Source of the DNA: Eledone cirrhosa | Taxonomy: Eukaryota | Length of the DNA stretch: 64,000 bases | Assembly (NCBI GenBank): GCA_964016885.1 | Contig: OZ024740.1 | Coordinates: 38,626,001-38,690,000 of the forward strand | Direction of reading: 5' to 3' | Shown here: positions 61,155 to 64,000 of the stretch, in pieces | How positions within the stretch are numbered: the stretch's first letter is position 1 | Layout of the letters: the number at the start of each line of letters is the position of its first letter | The notes under the pieces: model-generated | Database searches by the model: none | The model's input: only the letters and a program-made list of their open reading frames with translations | What the model was told of the DNA's origin: nothing | Position numbers and translations under genes: made by a program

Positions 61155-64000
61155 TACACCATCTCTTGTCATTAAGAAGGGTTAACAGTAGAACTACTGG
61201 CAATACTATAACATATACACCATCTCTTGACATGAAGAAGGGTTAACAGTAGAACTACTGGCAATACTATAACTTATACACCATATCTTGTCATTAACAA
61301 GGGTTAACAGTAGAACTATTCGCAATACTATAACATATACACCATCTCTTTTCATTAACAAGGGTTAACAGTAGAACTACTGGCAATACTATAAGACATA
61401 CACCATCTCTTGTCATTAACAAGAGTTAACAGTAGAACTACTGTCAATACTATAACATATACACCATCTCTTGTCATTAAGAAGGGATAACAGTAGAACT
61501 ACTGACAATACTATAACATATCCACCATCCCTTGTCATTAAGAAGTGTTAACCGTAGAACTACTGGCAATACTATAACATATACACCATCTCTTGTCATT
61601 AAGAAGGGTCAACAGTAGAACTACTGGCAATACTGTAACATATACACCATCTCTTGCTGTTAACAAGGGTTAACAGTAGAACTACTGGCAGTACTATAAA
61701 ATATACACCATCTCTTGTCATTAACAAGGGTTAACAGTAGAACTACTGGCAATACTATAACATATACACCATCTCTTGTCATTAAGAAGGGTTAACAGTA
61801 GAACTATTGGCAATACTATAACATATACACCATCTCCTGTCATTAAGAAGGGTTAACATTAGAACTGCTGGTAATACTGTAACATATATACCATCTCTTG
61901 TCATTAACAAGGGTTAACAGTAGAACTACTGGCAATACTATAAAATATACACCATCTCTTGTCATTAACAAGGGTTAACAGTAGAACTACTGGCAATACT
62001 ATAACATATATACCATCTCTTGTCATTTATAAGTGTTAACAGTAGAACTACTGGCAATACTATAACATAAACACCATCACTTGTAATTAACAAGGGTTAA
62101 CAGTAGAACTACTGGCAATACTATATCATATACACCATCTATTTTCATTAAGAGGGTTAACAGTAGAACTACTGGCAATACTATAAGATATACACCATCC
62201 TTTGTCATTAAGAAGTGTTAACAGTAGAACTACTGTCAATACTATAACATATATACCATCTCTTGTCATTAAGAAAGGTTAACAGTAGGACTACTAGCAA
62301 TACTATAAAATATACACCATCTCTTGTCATTAATAAGGGTTAACAGTAGATGCACTGGAAATACTATAACATATACACCATCTCTTGTCATTAATAAGGG
62401 TTAACAGTAGAACTACTAGCAATACTATAACATATATACCATCTCTTGTCATTAACAAGGGTTAACAGTAGAACTACTGGCAATACTATAATATATACAC
62501 CATCTCTTGTCATTAATAAGGGTTAACAGTAGAACTACTGGCAATACTATAACATATATACCATCGCTTGTCATTTACAAGAGTTAACAGTAGAACTACT
62601 GGCTATACTATAACATATATACCATCTCTTGTCATTAACAAGGGTTAACAGTAGAACTACTGGCAATACTATAACGTATACACCATCTCTTGTCATTAAG
62701 AAGGGTTAACATTAGAACTACTGGTAATACTATAACATATATACCATCTCTTGTCATTAACAAGGGTTAACAGTAGAACTACTGGCAACACTATAACATA
62801 TACACCATCTCTTGTCATTAAAAGGGTTAACAGTAGAACGACTGGCAATACATATACACCATCTCTTGTCATTAACAAGGGTTAACAGTAGAACTATTCG
62901 CAATACTATAACATATACACCATCTCTTGTCATTAAGAAGGGTTAATAGTAGAAATACTGGCAATACTATAACATATACACTATCTCTTGTCATTAAGAA
63001 GGGTTAACAGTAGAACTACTGGCAATACTATAACATATACACCATCTAGAACTATTGGCAATACTATAAAATATACACCATCTCTTGTCATTAAGAAGGG
63101 TTAACAGTAGAACTACTGGCACTACTATAACATATATACCATCTCTTGTCCGTAACAAGGGTTAACAGTAGAACTCCTGGCAATACTATAACATATACAC
63201 CATCTCTTGTCATTAAGAAGGGTTAACAGTAGAACTACAGGCAATACTATCACATATACACTATCTTTTGTCATTAACAAGGGTTAACAGTGGAACTATT
63301 CGCAATACTATAACATATACAGCATCTCTTGTCATTAAGAAGGGTTAACAGTAGAACTACTGGCAATACTATAACATATACACCTTCTCTTGACATGAAG
63401 AAGGGCTAACAGTAGAACTACTGGCAATACTATAACTTATACACCATATCTTGTCATTAACAAGGGTTAACAGTAGAACTATTCGCAATACTATAACATA
63501 TACACCATCTCTTGTCATTAACAAGGGTTAACAGTAGAACTACTGGCAATACTATAAAATATACACCATCTCTTGTCATTAAGAATGGTTAACAGTAGAA
63601 CTACTTGCAATACTATGACATATACACCATCTCTTTTCATTAACAAGGGTTAACAGTAGAACTACTGGCAATACTATAAGACATACACCATCTCTTGTCA
63701 TTATCAAGAGTTAACAGTAGAACTACTGTCAATACTATAATATATACACCATCTCTTGTCATTAAGAAGGGATAACAGTAGAACTACTGACAATACTATA
63801 ACATATCCACCATCCCTTGTCATTAAGAAGTATTAACCGTAGAACTACTGGCAATACTATAACATATACACCATCTCTTGTTATTAAGAAGGGTTAACAG
63901 TAGAACTACTGGCAATACTATAACATATACACCATCTTTTGTCATTAAGAAGTGTTAACAGTAGAACTACTGGCAATACTATAACCTATACACCATCTCT

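Larger units (their letters stand above)
54300..62351 (+). repeat. Tandem duplication of a ~4.1-kb unit that contains the inverted block
   Basis: CATGACTCGT at 54557/58651 and the ORFs 54996/59090 are offset by 4,094. The inversion junctions are offset by 4,338 (+4 monomers) and CATCTCCTG at 57859/61831 by 3,972 (-6 monomers). Confidence 0.88.
1..64000 (+). repeat. Tandem satellite array, 61-bp monomer, about 1,050 copies, running off both window ends
   Basis: The motif ACCATCTCTTGTCATTAA recurs every 61 bp (1, 62, 123, 184...) to the end of the window. Most monomers differ from consensus by 0-4 substitutions and most carry GTTAAC (HpaI). All are head-to-tail except two short inverted blocks. 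Confidence 0.99.

Noticed and set aside
3796-62878. Twelve minus-strand ORFs of 60-81 aa (MTRDGVYVIVLPVVLLL..., NDKRWCICYSIASSS...) that look like membrane or Cys-rich peptides
   Set aside because: They are the reading frames of the 61-bp monomer. The listed ones pass the length cut-off where an indel monomer shifts the frame (e.g. ~3920, 21131, 24058, 44562, 55121). There is no unique sequence or gene context.
1-64000. CRISPR array (regular ~61-bp period with an internal hairpin)
   Set aside because: The entire unit is repeated. There are no unique spacers, leader or cas genes.
1-64000. Promoter-like TATA motifs (TACTATAA, ATATATA) and terminator-like hairpins
   Set aside because: These are expected in an AT-rich repeat and occur about 1,000 times with no associated gene.
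1-64000. Telomeric repeat or tandem tRNA/5S array (AAGGGTTAA resembles TTAGGG-type repeats)
   Set aside because: There is only one partial motif per 61 bp, no short telomeric periodicity, and no cloverleaf or Pol III A/B boxes.
1-64000. Combinatorial or information-storing code in the order of monomer variants
   Set aside because: Variant order is accounted for by nested duplications and whole-monomer gains and losses. Nothing I saw requires a programmed diversification mechanism.

Overview
The whole 64-kb window is one tandem satellite array of about 1,050 copies of an AT-rich 61-bp monomer. The consensus, read by eye, is ACCATCTCTTGTCATTAA(G/C/T)AAGGGTTAACAGTAGAACTACTGGCAATACTATAACATATA(C/T), about 34% GC with no CpG. 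I see no genes, RNA genes, transposons, CRISPR spacers or unique sequence, and the short ORFs are translation artefacts of the repeat. The architecture looks like eukaryotic satellite or heterochromatic DNA, but I do not recognise the family or organism. The interest is in its internal structure: (1) a ~250-bp inverted block with complex fold-back junctions, present twice (~56.6 and ~60.9 kb); (2) nested higher-order repeats and duplications with offsets of 1,006, 2,440, 2,897, ~4,100, 6,467, 7,079 and ~21,000-22,000 bp; (3) a recurring cassette containing 55/54-bp and 36-bp deletion monomers in two sub-lineages; (4) multi-base variants that perfect short hairpins, suggesting template-switch mutagenesis. 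Block boundaries were estimated by eye and are approximate to about one monomer.
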